NCBI GenBank assembly: GCA_965116745.1
Contig: OZ220701.1
Span: forward strand, 436,744-500,743
Source of the DNA: Alphaproteobacteria bacterium
GTDB lineage: Bacteria; Pseudomonadota; Alphaproteobacteria; TMED109
Length of the DNA stretch: 64,000 bases
Direction: 5' to 3'
A program made the translations under genes and the position numbers. The notes beneath the pieces are model-generated. The model was given only the letters and a program-made list of their open reading frames with translations. It made no database searches and was not told where the DNA came from. This document shows positions 34,567 through 43,590 of the stretch, one piece after another (within the stretch, counting starts at the first letter, position 1; each line of letters starts with the position of its first letter).

Positions 34567-36750
34567 GTGACTGAAGCAGCGAACCGATGCCGAATCGCCG
34601 TCGATGTCGGCGGTACGTTCACGGACGTTGCGCTTGAGCTCCCCGATGGCGGGATCGTCACCGCCAAGGTGCTGACCACGCCGAACGTCCCGGAAGAGGG
34701 CGTGGTCGCGGCGGTCCGTCAGGCCATCGCCGAAGCAGGCGTGGAGCCGGCCGCGGTCGGTCTGGTCATTCACGGCACCACGCTTGCCACCAACGCCCTG
34801 ATCGAACGGACCGGCGCCAGGACGGCGCTCATCGTGACCGAGGGATTCCGGGACTCGGTCGAGATGGCGCTCGAGAACCGCTTCGAGCAGTACGACATTT
34901 CCATCGATCGGCCGGCCCCGCTCGTGCCCCGCCACCTGCGCTGGCCGGTCACCGAGCGGATGAATCACGCGGGTCACGCCCTGGTTCCCCTCGACGAGCA
35001 GTCCGTGCACGCCCTCTTGCCCCGGTTCGAGCGCCACGCGATCGAGGCGGTCGCGGTCGGGCTGCTCCATTCCTATGCGAATCCCGCCCACGAGCGACGG
35101 GTCGGAGCGATTCTTCACGAGGCCCTGCCTGACCTCCGCGTCACGCTCTCGAGCGAGGTGTGCCCCGAGATCCGCGAGTACGAGCGCCAGTCGACGGCCT
35201 GCGCCAACGCGTACGTCCAGCCGAGAATGTCCAGCTACCTCGGGCGCCTCGATGCCGCCCTTCGCGGTCTCGGCCTGGGGTGCCCGCTGCTGCTGATGAC
35301 ATCGGGCGGCGGGCTCACCACCCTCGAGATCGCGTCCCGTTTCCCGATCCGGCTGGTCGAGTCCGGTCCGGCGGGCGGTGCGATCCTCGCCGCCGAGATC
35401 GCACGCGAGTGCGACTGCGAGAACGCGCTGTCCTTCGACATGGGCGGGACGACCGCCAAGCTTGCCCTCATCGATGCGTTCGAGCCGCAGACGACCCGCA
35501 CGTTCGAGGTCGCCCGCGCCTACCGCAACCTGAAGGGCAGCGGCCTGCCGGTTCGCATTCCCGCCATCGAAATGGTGGAGATCGGTGCGGGCGGGGGCTC
35601 CATCGCGGGAGTCGACGCGATGGGCCGGCTGAACGTGGGGCCGGCCAGTGCGGGAGCCGACCCGGGGCCCGCCTGCTACGACCGTGGTGGCGAGCGACCG
35701 ACGGTAACCGATGCCGACGTCGTGCTCGGGCGCATCGACCCGGCGGACTTCGCGGGCGGCTCGCTGCAACTGGTCCCGGAACGGGCGGTCGACTCGATTC
35801 GCGGCGCCGTTGGACGGCCGCTCAAGCTGGCGGACCCGGTCGCGGCGCTGTCCATTTCGGAAGTCGTTGACGAGAACATGGCCAACGCGGCCCGGGTCCA
35901 TGCCGTCGAATGGGGAAAGGACGTCTCCGCCCGGACGATGATCGCGTTCGGCGGCGCGGCGCCGCTGCATGCGGCGCGACTGGCCCAGAAGCTCGACGTC
36001 GATCGCGTCATCGTGCCGACCGGCGCCGGGGTCGGATCAGCGATCGGCATGCTCCGGGCCGCAGTATCGTACGAGGTGGTCCGCAGCCGCTACATGCGTC
36101 TCACCGAGTTCGATCCCCGGGCGGCCAATGCATTGCTCGGGGAGATGCAGGCGGAGGCGCAGGCGGTCGTGTTGGCCGGGGCCGGAGCGGATGCGGAACT
36201 CGAGGAAGCCCGGCATGCCTACATGCGTTACGTGGGGCAGGGACACGAGATCGTGGTGCCGCTGGCCGACCGCACGCTGGCGGACGCGGACCGTGAGACC
36301 CTGGCCGACGCCTTTGACACCGAGTATGCGCGCCTCTTCAGCCGGACTCTCCCCGATCAGGAACGCGAGGTACTGAGCTGGACGCTCACGGTTACCGCAC
36401 GAAGGGATTCCTCGATTACGTCCACGACGAAGGGTGGCACCCTCCCGCCGCCGACAGCGGTCAGTGTCGGATCGCCGGTCCCGCAGCCGGGAGGAGGTCA
36501 GGGACCGGCGGCGGCAGGCCGACGGCTTTTTGACGCGATCCGCGCCGACTACGTGACGGCGACGACGTATCGCCGCGACGACCTCGTCCAGGATGGTGTG
36601 GTTGCCGGCCCGGCGGTCATCGTCGAGGAGCAGACGACCACGGTGGTGCCGGACGGGTTTCAGGTCGTCGTCAACTCCCTCGGCTACCTGGTCCTCGAAC
36701 GGCGGGATCCGCAGGCTAAGGGTCAGCAGGGGGAGAACCGAGCGTTGTGA
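34567..36750 (+). CDS. hyuA: hydantoinase/oxoprolinase family protein, A subunit (N-methylhydantoinase A-like)
   Basis: CRIAVDVGGTFTDV N-terminal ATPase motif, later FDMGGTTAKL and VEIGAGGGSIA (Hydantoinase_A). Confidence 0.9.
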   Translation: MTEAANRCRIAVDVGGTFTDVALELPDGGIVTAKVLTTPNVPEEGVVAAVRQAIAEAGVEPAAVGLVIHGTTLATNALIERTGARTALIVTEGFRDSVEMALENRFEQYDISIDRPAPLVPRHLRWPVTERMNHAGHALVPLDEQSVHALLPRFERHAIEAVAVGLLHSYANPAHERRVGAILHEALPDLRVTLSSEVCPEIREYERQSTACANAYVQPRMSSYLGRLDAALRGLGLGCPLLLMTSGGGLTTLEIASRFPIRLVESGPAGGAILAAEIARECDCENALSFDMGGTTAKLALIDAFEPQTTRTFEVARAYRNLKGSGLPVRIPAIEMVEIGAGGGSIAGVDAMGRLNVGPASAGADPGPACYDRGGERPTVTDADVVLGRIDPADFAGGSLQLVPERAVDSIRGAVGRPLKLADPVAALSISEVVDENMANAARVHAVEWGKDVSARTMIAFGGAAPLHAARLAQKLDVDRVIVPTGAGVGSAIGMLRAAVSYEVVRSRYMRLTEFDPRAANALLGEMQAEAQAVVLAGAGADAELEEARHAYMRYVGQGHEIVVPLADRTLADADRETLADAFDTEYARLFSRTLPDQEREVLSWTLTVTARRDSSITSTTKGGTLPPPTAVSVGSPVPQPGGGQGPAAAGRRLFDAIRADYVTATTYRRDDLVQDGVVAGPAVIVEEQTTTVVPDGFQVVVNSLGYLVLERRDPQAKGQQGENRAL

Positions 36751-36821
36751 ACGCTTCGCGGTCGGACAAGATGCGGCTTGTGGCGACGCTCCCCGGAGTT
36801 TGACCATCAGGATGGATCAGG

Positions 36822-37271
36822 TCAGCGCGGGCCGGCGCTGTGGGTCACCGCCTCCGCGAGGTGCACGATCCTGTCTGCCAGGTAGGGATGGATGCGTACC
36901 CGGTCGTGAAACCGAGTGTCGGCGGTCACGACGGGGTACTGCGATTGAAGGGCGAGGGCGAGATAGAAGCAGTCGTAGGCGGGGTGGCCGAGGTCACGCG
37001 CCAGACGCGCTGCGGCAGCGCTCAGCTGGGGCATGGACACGGGGAGCGTAATCGGAGCTGCCAGCAGGGTGTCCACGGCGTCGGACAGATCCTGGCCGGA
37101 AATGTCGCCGCGCTGGTGCATCGCCCACAAGGCGTTGACGGCTTCTGCGAATACGAGCGACGGGGCGATGAACATCGACCCGCTGGTCAGGAGTGCGCCA
37201 GCTTCCTTGGAGTAGGCCTCATCGACCAGCCATTTTACGGCCACGCTGGCATCGATCACGTATCCGTTCAC
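36822..37271 (-). CDS. vapC: PIN-domain VapC toxin
   Basis: MNGYVIDASVAVKW... and ...AYDCFYLALALQSQYPVVTADTRF match the PIN pattern. There is a 4-nt overlap with the upstream antitoxin. Confidence 0.85.
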   Translation of the reverse strand: MNGYVIDASVAVKWLVDEAYSKEAGALLTSGSMFIAPSLVFAEAVNALWAMHQRGDISGQDLSDAVDTLLAAPITLPVSMPQLSAAAARLARDLGHPAYDCFYLALALQSQYPVVTADTRFHDRVRIHPYLADRIVHLAEAVTHSAGPR

Positions 37272-37504
37272 ACGGCGCCGTCCCGGTCACGGTCGGCCCG
37301 GATGGTGTCGGTGCTGTCGACCGACGAACGCAGGCGCTGCCGCAGGGCTTTCGCCCGCTCGACAAAGTGCTCCTCGGTGCCGAACAATGCCTCCCGCAAT
37401 ATGGCTCGGTGTTCGGCCTCGGCCGAACGGCCATTGGCGGCAGCCTTCCGTTTGAGCGCTTGCGCGACTTCCTCGCTGATGTTCCGTACGGTCAGTTGAA
37501 CCAT
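37268..37504 (-). CDS. ribbon-helix-helix (FitA/Arc-like) antitoxin
   Basis: MVQLTVRNISEEVAQALKRKAAANGRSAEAEHRAILREAL is the typical RHH plasmid-stability antitoxin N-terminus. Confidence 0.75.
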   Translation of the reverse strand: MVQLTVRNISEEVAQALKRKAAANGRSAEAEHRAILREALFGTEEHFVERAKALRQRLRSSVDSTDTIRADRDRDGAV

Positions 37505-37857
37505 TCGCGTTGCCTTCAATAGAGTGCCTGCAATGCTGTCACTAGTTTATCCTGAAATCGCGCCGGTGACATGGCCGAAGGGTTGCAGCCTGCTCCGGCT
37601 TCGCGCTGTCAGCGGATTCGATAGTGCCCGTCCGCCGCCGTCGACGCGGCTCTTGCCGCCCCTGCGGAGTTTTCGAGGCTCGAAGGCGGCAGGCGGGCGA
37701 TCGCTGGCGCGAAGGCCCGCGGTGCGAAGTGCACGGCACCAGACCGGAACGGGGTGCGGCCAATCTCTTCCAGGTGACTGAATTCGGTACTCTGACGGCC
37801 GGCCCGGGGTCAAGATGGGCCGGCCAGCGCCGATCGTCTTAGGCCGGAGGAGTGAAC

Positions 37858-39597
37858 ATGACCAACGGGACCACGCTCGACCGGATTCGGATGCAGATCC
37901 AGTGGAACCGGCTCCTGTCGGTGGTCGAGGAGCAGGCCCAGGCCCTGGTCCGCACTGCCTTCAGCACGTCCGCGCGCGAAGCGGGCGACATCTCTGCCGG
38001 GGCCTTCGACACGTCCGGACGCATGCTCGCGCAGGCCGTCACCGGCACGCCGGGGCACGTGAACGCGATGGCCGCGTCGGTCAAGAGTTTCCTGGCGAAG
38101 TACCCGCTCGAAATGATGGAGGAAGGGGATGTCTTCCTCACCAACGACCCCTGGCTCGGCACCGGGCACCTCAACGACTTTACGGCGGTGACCCCGACGT
38201 TCCGCGGCGGGCGCATCGTGGCCCTGTTTGCGGCCACGACCCACGTGGCCGACATCGGCGGCCGCGGCTTCGGGCCGGACGGGCGCCAGGTCTATGAAGA
38301 GGGCCTCAACATCCCGATCCTGCCGCTCGCGAAGCGCGGAGAGTTCAATGCGCTCGTGCTGGAGATCGTGCGCGCGAACGTCCGCAATCCGGTCGAGGTC
38401 GAAGGCGATCTCTATTCGCTCGCGGCCTGCAACGAGGTCGGCGGACGCCGTCTCGTGGGCATGATGGACGAGTTCGGTCTTGACGATCTGGAAGACCTGT
38501 CCCGTTACATCATCGACACGTCGCACGAAGGCATGCTGACGGAGATCCGCGCCCTTCCGAACGGCACGTACCGCAATGCGATGCGCATTGACGGGTACGA
38601 GCGTGAACTGGACCTTGTCGCCGCGGTCACCATCGACGATACCGGCCTGTCGGTCAGCTTCGACGGGACCTCGCCGGTATCGAGCTACGGCATCAACGTA
38701 CCGATTACGTATACCGAGGCCTACGCGAGCTTCGGGGTGCGTTGCGTGATCGGCTCGCGCATCCCGAACAATGCCGGCTCCCTTGCGGCCATCCGGGTGA
38801 CCGCTCCGGAGGGGTCCATCCTCAATGCACCGCCACCGTGTGCGGTGACCGCGCGCCACGTGATCGGTCAGATGCTGCCCGACGTCATGCTGGGATGCCT
38901 CGGCCAGGTGATCCCCGGGCAGGTGCCGGCGGAAGGCACTTCCTGTCTGTGGAACCCGGTCTTCCTCGGCGGGCACGGCATGACCGGCGACGACCTGCAG
39001 AGCGGCCCGACGTTCGCCATGAACACGTTCCACGCCGGAGGGACGGGGGCCCGTCCCGGCAAGGACGGCCTTGACGCGACCGCGTTTCCTTCCGGCGTGC
39101 GCAATACGCCGATCGAGGTGAACGAGACGATCGCGCCGCTCGTGTTCTGGCGGAAGGAATACCGCGAGGACTCGGGTGGCGCCGGTACGTACCGGGGCGG
39201 TACCGGCCAGATCATGGAAGTCGGCTATGCCGGCGATCGCGCATTCGCGATCAACACGATGTTCGACCGGGTGATTCATCCGCCGCGAGGTCGGAGCGGG
39301 GGAAAGCCCGGTCAGGTGGGACGCATCTATCTCAAGTCCGGCGCGGCGGAATTCAGGGGAAAGGGCCGGCAGACGATCCCGCGCGGCGAGCATCTCGTGC
39401 TCGAGATGCCGGGCGGCGGCGGGCTCGGCGATCCGCTCGACCGCGACCCGGAGCGCGTGGCCGAGGACGTGCGGAACGGGTTCGTTTCGGTTGAACGTGC
39501 GCAGGCGGACTACGGCGTCATTCTGGATTCCGGTCACCGGCTCGATCGTGTTCGCACCGCGAACGAGCGCCGCGCCCGCGCGGCAGCCGAGTCCTAG
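37858..39597 (+). CDS. hyuB: hydantoinase B/oxoprolinase family protein (N-methylhydantoinase B-like)
   Basis: DRIRMQIQWNRLLSVVEEQAQALVRTAFSTSAREAGDISAGAFD...NDPWLGTGHLND is the Hydantoinase_B N-terminal region. GGAGG lies upstream of ATG 37858. Confidence 0.9.
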   Translation: MTNGTTLDRIRMQIQWNRLLSVVEEQAQALVRTAFSTSAREAGDISAGAFDTSGRMLAQAVTGTPGHVNAMAASVKSFLAKYPLEMMEEGDVFLTNDPWLGTGHLNDFTAVTPTFRGGRIVALFAATTHVADIGGRGFGPDGRQVYEEGLNIPILPLAKRGEFNALVLEIVRANVRNPVEVEGDLYSLAACNEVGGRRLVGMMDEFGLDDLEDLSRYIIDTSHEGMLTEIRALPNGTYRNAMRIDGYERELDLVAAVTIDDTGLSVSFDGTSPVSSYGINVPITYTEAYASFGVRCVIGSRIPNNAGSLAAIRVTAPEGSILNAPPPCAVTARHVIGQMLPDVMLGCLGQVIPGQVPAEGTSCLWNPVFLGGHGMTGDDLQSGPTFAMNTFHAGGTGARPGKDGLDATAFPSGVRNTPIEVNETIAPLVFWRKEYREDSGGAGTYRGGTGQIMEVGYAGDRAFAINTMFDRVIHPPRGRSGGKPGQVGRIYLKSGAAEFRGKGRQTIPRGEHLVLEMPGGGGLGDPLDRDPERVAEDVRNGFVSVERAQADYGVILDSGHRLDRVRTANERRARAAAES

Positions 39598-40009
39598 CAC
39601 CGGTCTTCGGGCGGGCGCGAACCGGCTGGTTCATCGACCGGACCACGGGCCAAACCCACTGTTTGTTGCGTAGGTGCGGCGAACCCGAGACCTGGTCCCA
39701 AGCGTTCGGCATTGCTGCGCTTGGCGGGCTCCGGCGCGAGCCACGCGAATTGCCGTCGCCCACCCAGTCGATCAGCAGGTGCATGCCCGGTTTCCATGAG
39801 GCGCTTTGGACGGTCTGGGTCCATCACCCGGGTGCTAAACCTGGCGTGACAGCCAAGCTTCCGACAGTAGACTCGCGATTTCGCTTCAATCCGGTTCCTG
39901 AGGTAGTGGTCGCGTGAGTTCCTTTTACTTCACACCCTGGCGCCGGCAGAGCGCACGCCGAAGAGCTCGAAACGCGAACGGTGACGGCACGGCGACCCAG
40001 GAATTGATC

Positions 40010-40255
40010 ATGTCGGCGCAGACGGTGGAAGAGGCGGAACTCATTTTCGAGATCTTCAAGAACACGCCCACCAAGTCGAAGGTGCTGCTGCCGCAAGCGG
40101 CCATGGCAAAGGTGTATCGGTGGGCGGGCATGTGGGACCGGATGCTTCAGTTGACCGAGGAACTGGGAGATCCCGAGCACCCGGCTTCCGAACGCGATGA
40201 AGCCACATCGTTCCTTGAGAACGATGACTCGAAGCCGGCGTCCAGCAAGCGATAG
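40010..40255 (+). CDS. hypothetical small acidic protein
   Basis: Lower local GC and a non-shadow amino-acid composition (MSAQTVEEAELIFEIFKNTPTKSK...). No family recognised. Confidence 0.3.
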   Translation: MSAQTVEEAELIFEIFKNTPTKSKVLLPQAAMAKVYRWAGMWDRMLQLTEELGDPEHPASERDEATSFLENDDSKPASSKR

Positions 40256-40487
40256 AGCCAACTGCAAACCTTGCGAGTTCAGAAGCGGGGCGACTAGCAC
40301 TGCGCGTTGCCCGGGGGCGCGAACCGCGCAGGCAACATTCAGGCCGAAGGGGGCGTTACCCTCCTGAGGAGGCTATCCCTGATCGGGAAGCGCAGACCAT
40401 GACCGGCTTGCACGCTCGATCGAATGATGGAGCAGCCTGCGGATTGACGACAATTTCGGCTGATGGTGCTGAGGCCGCTTCCCGGCG

Positions 40488-41504
40488 TCACGGGCCCGAT
40501 CGCATCAGTTCCGCCAACAGCGGCTTTTGCCGAAGGGATTTCCCGATTGCATCCCGCCACCTGGGGCCTGCGGCCATCGCGTGTTCAAAGGCTTCTTCGA
40601 GCGCGTAAGGTCGGTCGTCTGCGAGAGTTCGGATCAACAGCTCGGCCTGTGCAAGGTCTTTCCTGGCCTTCGCCTCCGAGCCGGTCGGCCGGCGTTGAGC
40701 GACGATCAGTTTGTGGATGGCATATCGTTCCGGTTGCGGAACTTGAACGAGAATGCCGCTCCGATAGAGGGCTACCGCCGGGATGGGATCAGCGATCAGG
40801 AAGTTCAGGAAGGTGAGCGTTTGGGCGTAGACGCCCAGAGGTTGCAGCATGAGGACATCGTCAGTCTCGCGCATTTTCGGTGCAAGGAAATCCACCATGG
40901 TGCCGCCTCCGGGCATCGCCCATCGGGTGGGTCGGTTTCTCCGATCGAGGCCCGGGGCCGGTGACAGTTTCAGATCCCTGAAGGTATCGGCCAGCGACGG
41001 GTTGACTTGGTCGTGAATGACGAGTTTGAGGCCCTCAAAGGCGGCGATATCGACGTCTTCGGTCACAGCGAGCGTGTCGGTCAGGCTCACGCCTAGTTCG
41101 GCGCTGTAAAGGCGAAAGGCGTGCGTTCCGACCAGCGTGCCACCGAGACGGAATGTGCCGACTTGCGCCATGGCGTTGAGGACCTTGCCGGTTTGGCGAT
41201 CTAGAGCCGGGAGCCCTGCGGCCCGTAGCTGCGCAACCAGCTTGGCACTCCGCTTTGCGAGTGTTCGCTGATCCTCGCGTTGTGTCTCGGCAGCTTCGAC
41301 ACGCTTCCGGAGCTCAGGTGTATCCCGGCCGATATAGCGGTCGACGACGCGGTCGCCGATCCGTTGGCGGGCGTACCAGTAGCTCCCTTGGCTACCTTGG
41401 TGCTTCAGCAAGGGCGTTCCGCCCATTGCAGAAACAGCCCGCATTTTGTGCGCTTCTAGCAGGTCCTGATAGGTGGTCTGAACCGCGAGAGGAAAGGTGT
41501 TCAT
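40488..41504 (-). CDS. GSU2403-like/NTP_transf_8-type nucleotidyltransferase-fold protein
   Basis: Minimal NTase core ...FRLGGTLVGTHAFRLY...AVTEDVDIAAF (G-x-G/S ... DxD). The conserved tail is ERYAIHKLIVAQRR...KARKDLAQAELLI, and the N-terminal segment is YWYARQRIGDRVVDRYIG. The family assignment is from memory of these motifs. Confidence 0.65.
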   Translation of the reverse strand: MNTFPLAVQTTYQDLLEAHKMRAVSAMGGTPLLKHQGSQGSYWYARQRIGDRVVDRYIGRDTPELRKRVEAAETQREDQRTLAKRSAKLVAQLRAAGLPALDRQTGKVLNAMAQVGTFRLGGTLVGTHAFRLYSAELGVSLTDTLAVTEDVDIAAFEGLKLVIHDQVNPSLADTFRDLKLSPAPGLDRRNRPTRWAMPGGGTMVDFLAPKMRETDDVLMLQPLGVYAQTLTFLNFLIADPIPAVALYRSGILVQVPQPERYAIHKLIVAQRRPTGSEAKARKDLAQAELLIRTLADDRPYALEEAFEHAMAAGPRWRDAIGKSLRQKPLLAELMRSGP

Positions 41505-41508
41505 GCCG

Positions 41509-41572
41509 CCCTACGATTTTGACTTTCGTAGGGTATAGCGGGTTTGCCCTACGCCGACAACATTCGTAGGGC
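41509..41572. promoter_or_regulatory. two tandem inverted repeats sharing a CCCTACG/CGTAGGG core, overlapping a putative promoter
   Basis: CCCTACGA-9 nt-TCGTAGGG (41509..41533) and GCCCTACG-11 nt-CGTAGGGC (41546..41572). On the gene strand, TTGTCG-17 nt-TATACC lies between and over them. The first repeat ends 4 nt from the ATG. Confidence 0.5.
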
Positions 41573-41637
41573 AAAGCGGTGAATCACGGTGCAAGTTCCG
41601 GTTGCCCATTGCCGGAATGCAGCCGTTGCGGTTGCGG

Positions 41638-41990
41638 CTACCGGCCGGTCAGCTGCCGATAGATTGCCGGCAGTGGCGTAGTGAGCTGGTCAGAGTGGCG
41701 AATCACCGCAAACCCGTGGCCAGCGAAGATCCGCCGGTGCCAGGCCCGCCCGCGTTCGTCCACCACGATGCCGAAGACGCTCCGGCCGGTGCGCCGCGCC
41801 TCGCGAATGGCCATCCGGCTGTCTTCAACGCCGTGGCGGCAGTCCGTACCCGGACACGGCAAGCGATGGCCGTCGTGTGCTACGCGATCGCGGCGCCCGC
41901 CCGGCCCGACGACGGCACGGTCAACCGCGACTGGCGCGGCAGCAGACCGGCGCCCTCTTGCAGCTTCGACGGACTAGACAATCGGGTATC
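41638..41990 (-). pseudogene. NorD/CbbO-like von Willebrand factor A protein, C-terminal fragment
   Basis: HGVEDSRMAIREARRTGRSVFGIVVDERG...FAVIRHSDQLTTPLPAIYRQLTG matches the NorD/CbbO tail. The upstream part is out of frame and contains a stop. Confidence 0.5.
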
Positions 41991-42243
41991 AGCCAACAAT
42001 TTGTGGGTCTTACTGCCTGAGGCGCCCCCGCGCCCACCATGCGCTACGCTCCCACGCTAGGAGAGTCGGCGACTGCGGGTTCCCCCGTAACGGCAACAGT
42101 ATCTCTCCGGCGGTCGGGCCGCGGTCCCCGTCGTTTTGAATGGAATCAATCCGAATGAGAACAGCAAGGTGAATACCCGAGCAAGCGGCGCGATACGGCC
42201 CCGCAAGATGCTGCAGCTCCCGACATCAAAGGATCCGAAGTCC

Positions 42244-43590
42244 ATGTGGCGACAGCTGGCAAAGTCCCTGCGGGCTGCCGCCGTTGTCGGATTCTCGCTC
42301 GGTGCCCTGCCGACGCCTGCGGCTGCCGATCTGGGGGCCGAAGCGTTCACCCTGGCGAACGGCATGCGGGTGGTGGCCGTCCCTATGGAACGGCCTGGCG
42401 TGGTGCACCATGTCGTGTACTACGCGTTGGGCGCCGCGGACGACCCGAGCGGTCAGTCAGGAATCGCGCACTTCATCGAACATCTGATGTTCAATGGAAC
42501 GGGGACAACCACTGACGGACAGTACAAGCAGATCATCGGGCGCAATGGCGGCAGCACGAATGCCTACACGTCAGCGGATGTAACCGCGTATTACGCGACG
42601 ATTGCCCGTGACCGCCTGGAGACGGTCATGCGTCTCGAGGCCGACCGCATGACAGGGGTTGTCTTCAAACCCGAAAACTTCGAGGCCGAACGGCAGGTCA
42701 TCATCGAGGAGCGCCTGCAGCGAACCGAGAATTCTCCGTCCGGAGTGTTTCGCGAGCAGCTCATGGCTGCGGCCTGGCAGGCGCACCCGTACGGGCGTCC
42801 GCTCATCGGCTGGCGCCACGAGATCGAAGCGCTCACCCTGGAGCAGGTGGAAACGTACTATCGCCGCCACTACGGACCTGCCAACGCGCTCCTGGTCGTC
42901 GCGGGTGACATCGACGCCGAGTCGTTGCGTCCACTGGCGGAACGCACGTTCGGCACGGTTGCGGCAGGCGGGGAGCCGGTGCCGCCGCGGCCCATGGAAC
43001 CTCCCCATCGAGCCCGGATCACCGTCGAGATGGAAGACCCGCGTGTCGCCCAGCCCCGATGGTCCAGGCATTATCGGGCCGAGAGCTATTTCTCGGGCGT
43101 CGCGCGGGAGTCGGCCACTCTCGACGTGCTCGCGGCCGTGTTGGGGGGAGCGTCCGGCCGGTTGCACCGTGCCCTCGTTGTGGATCGCAAGGTCGCCTTG
43201 GCGACAGGCGCCTACTTCGCCGGCAGCAACCGGGATGGAGGGTTCTTCCTTGTGTACGCGATGCCTGCTGACGGGACCGACGTTTCCGAAGTCGGGGAAG
43301 CGGTGAATGCAGAGCTTCGGCGGGTGGCCGAGGAGGGCGTCGAGGAAAGGGAGGTGCAGCGCGCAGCCTACCGATTCGCCGCCGGTGAGATTTACGCTCG
43401 TGACGACGTGTCAACGGTTGCCGAGTTCGTCGGGAGCACCCTCATCAAGGGTGGAACCCTGGAGGACATCGATGGGTACATCGACATGGTGCGTTCAATT
43501 TCGGCCGCCGAGGTGGCCGGCGCGGCGCGTGCGCTGCTGGCCGAGCAGGCGACGGTGACCGGAATTCTCCGCCCGGGAGACGCCCAGTGA
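42244..43590 (+). CDS. M16-family (pitrilysin-type) zinc peptidase, active subunit
   Basis: Signal peptide, then the inverted zinc motif GIAHFIEHLMFNGT (HxxEH) and the downstream ERQVIIEE glutamate region. Confidence 0.85.
   Translation: MWRQLAKSLRAAAVVGFSLGALPTPAAADLGAEAFTLANGMRVVAVPMERPGVVHHVVYYALGAADDPSGQSGIAHFIEHLMFNGTGTTTDGQYKQIIGRNGGSTNAYTSADVTAYYATIARDRLETVMRLEADRMTGVVFKPENFEAERQVIIEERLQRTENSPSGVFREQLMAAAWQAHPYGRPLIGWRHEIEALTLEQVETYYRRHYGPANALLVVAGDIDAESLRPLAERTFGTVAAGGEPVPPRPMEPPHRARITVEMEDPRVAQPRWSRHYRAESYFSGVARESATLDVLAAVLGGASGRLHRALVVDRKVALATGAYFAGSNRDGGFFLVYAMPADGTDVSEVGEAVNAELRRVAEEGVEEREVQRAAYRFAAGEIYARDDVSTVAEFVGSTLIKGGTLEDIDGYIDMVRSISAAEVAGAARALLAEQATVTGILRPGDAQ

Noticed and set aside
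39600-39912. Reverse-strand peptide DHYLRNRIEAKSRVYCRKLGCHARF..., possibly a transposase or integrase tail
   Set aside because: I cannot match it to a family from memory, and there is no start or N-terminal part. It is left unannotated.
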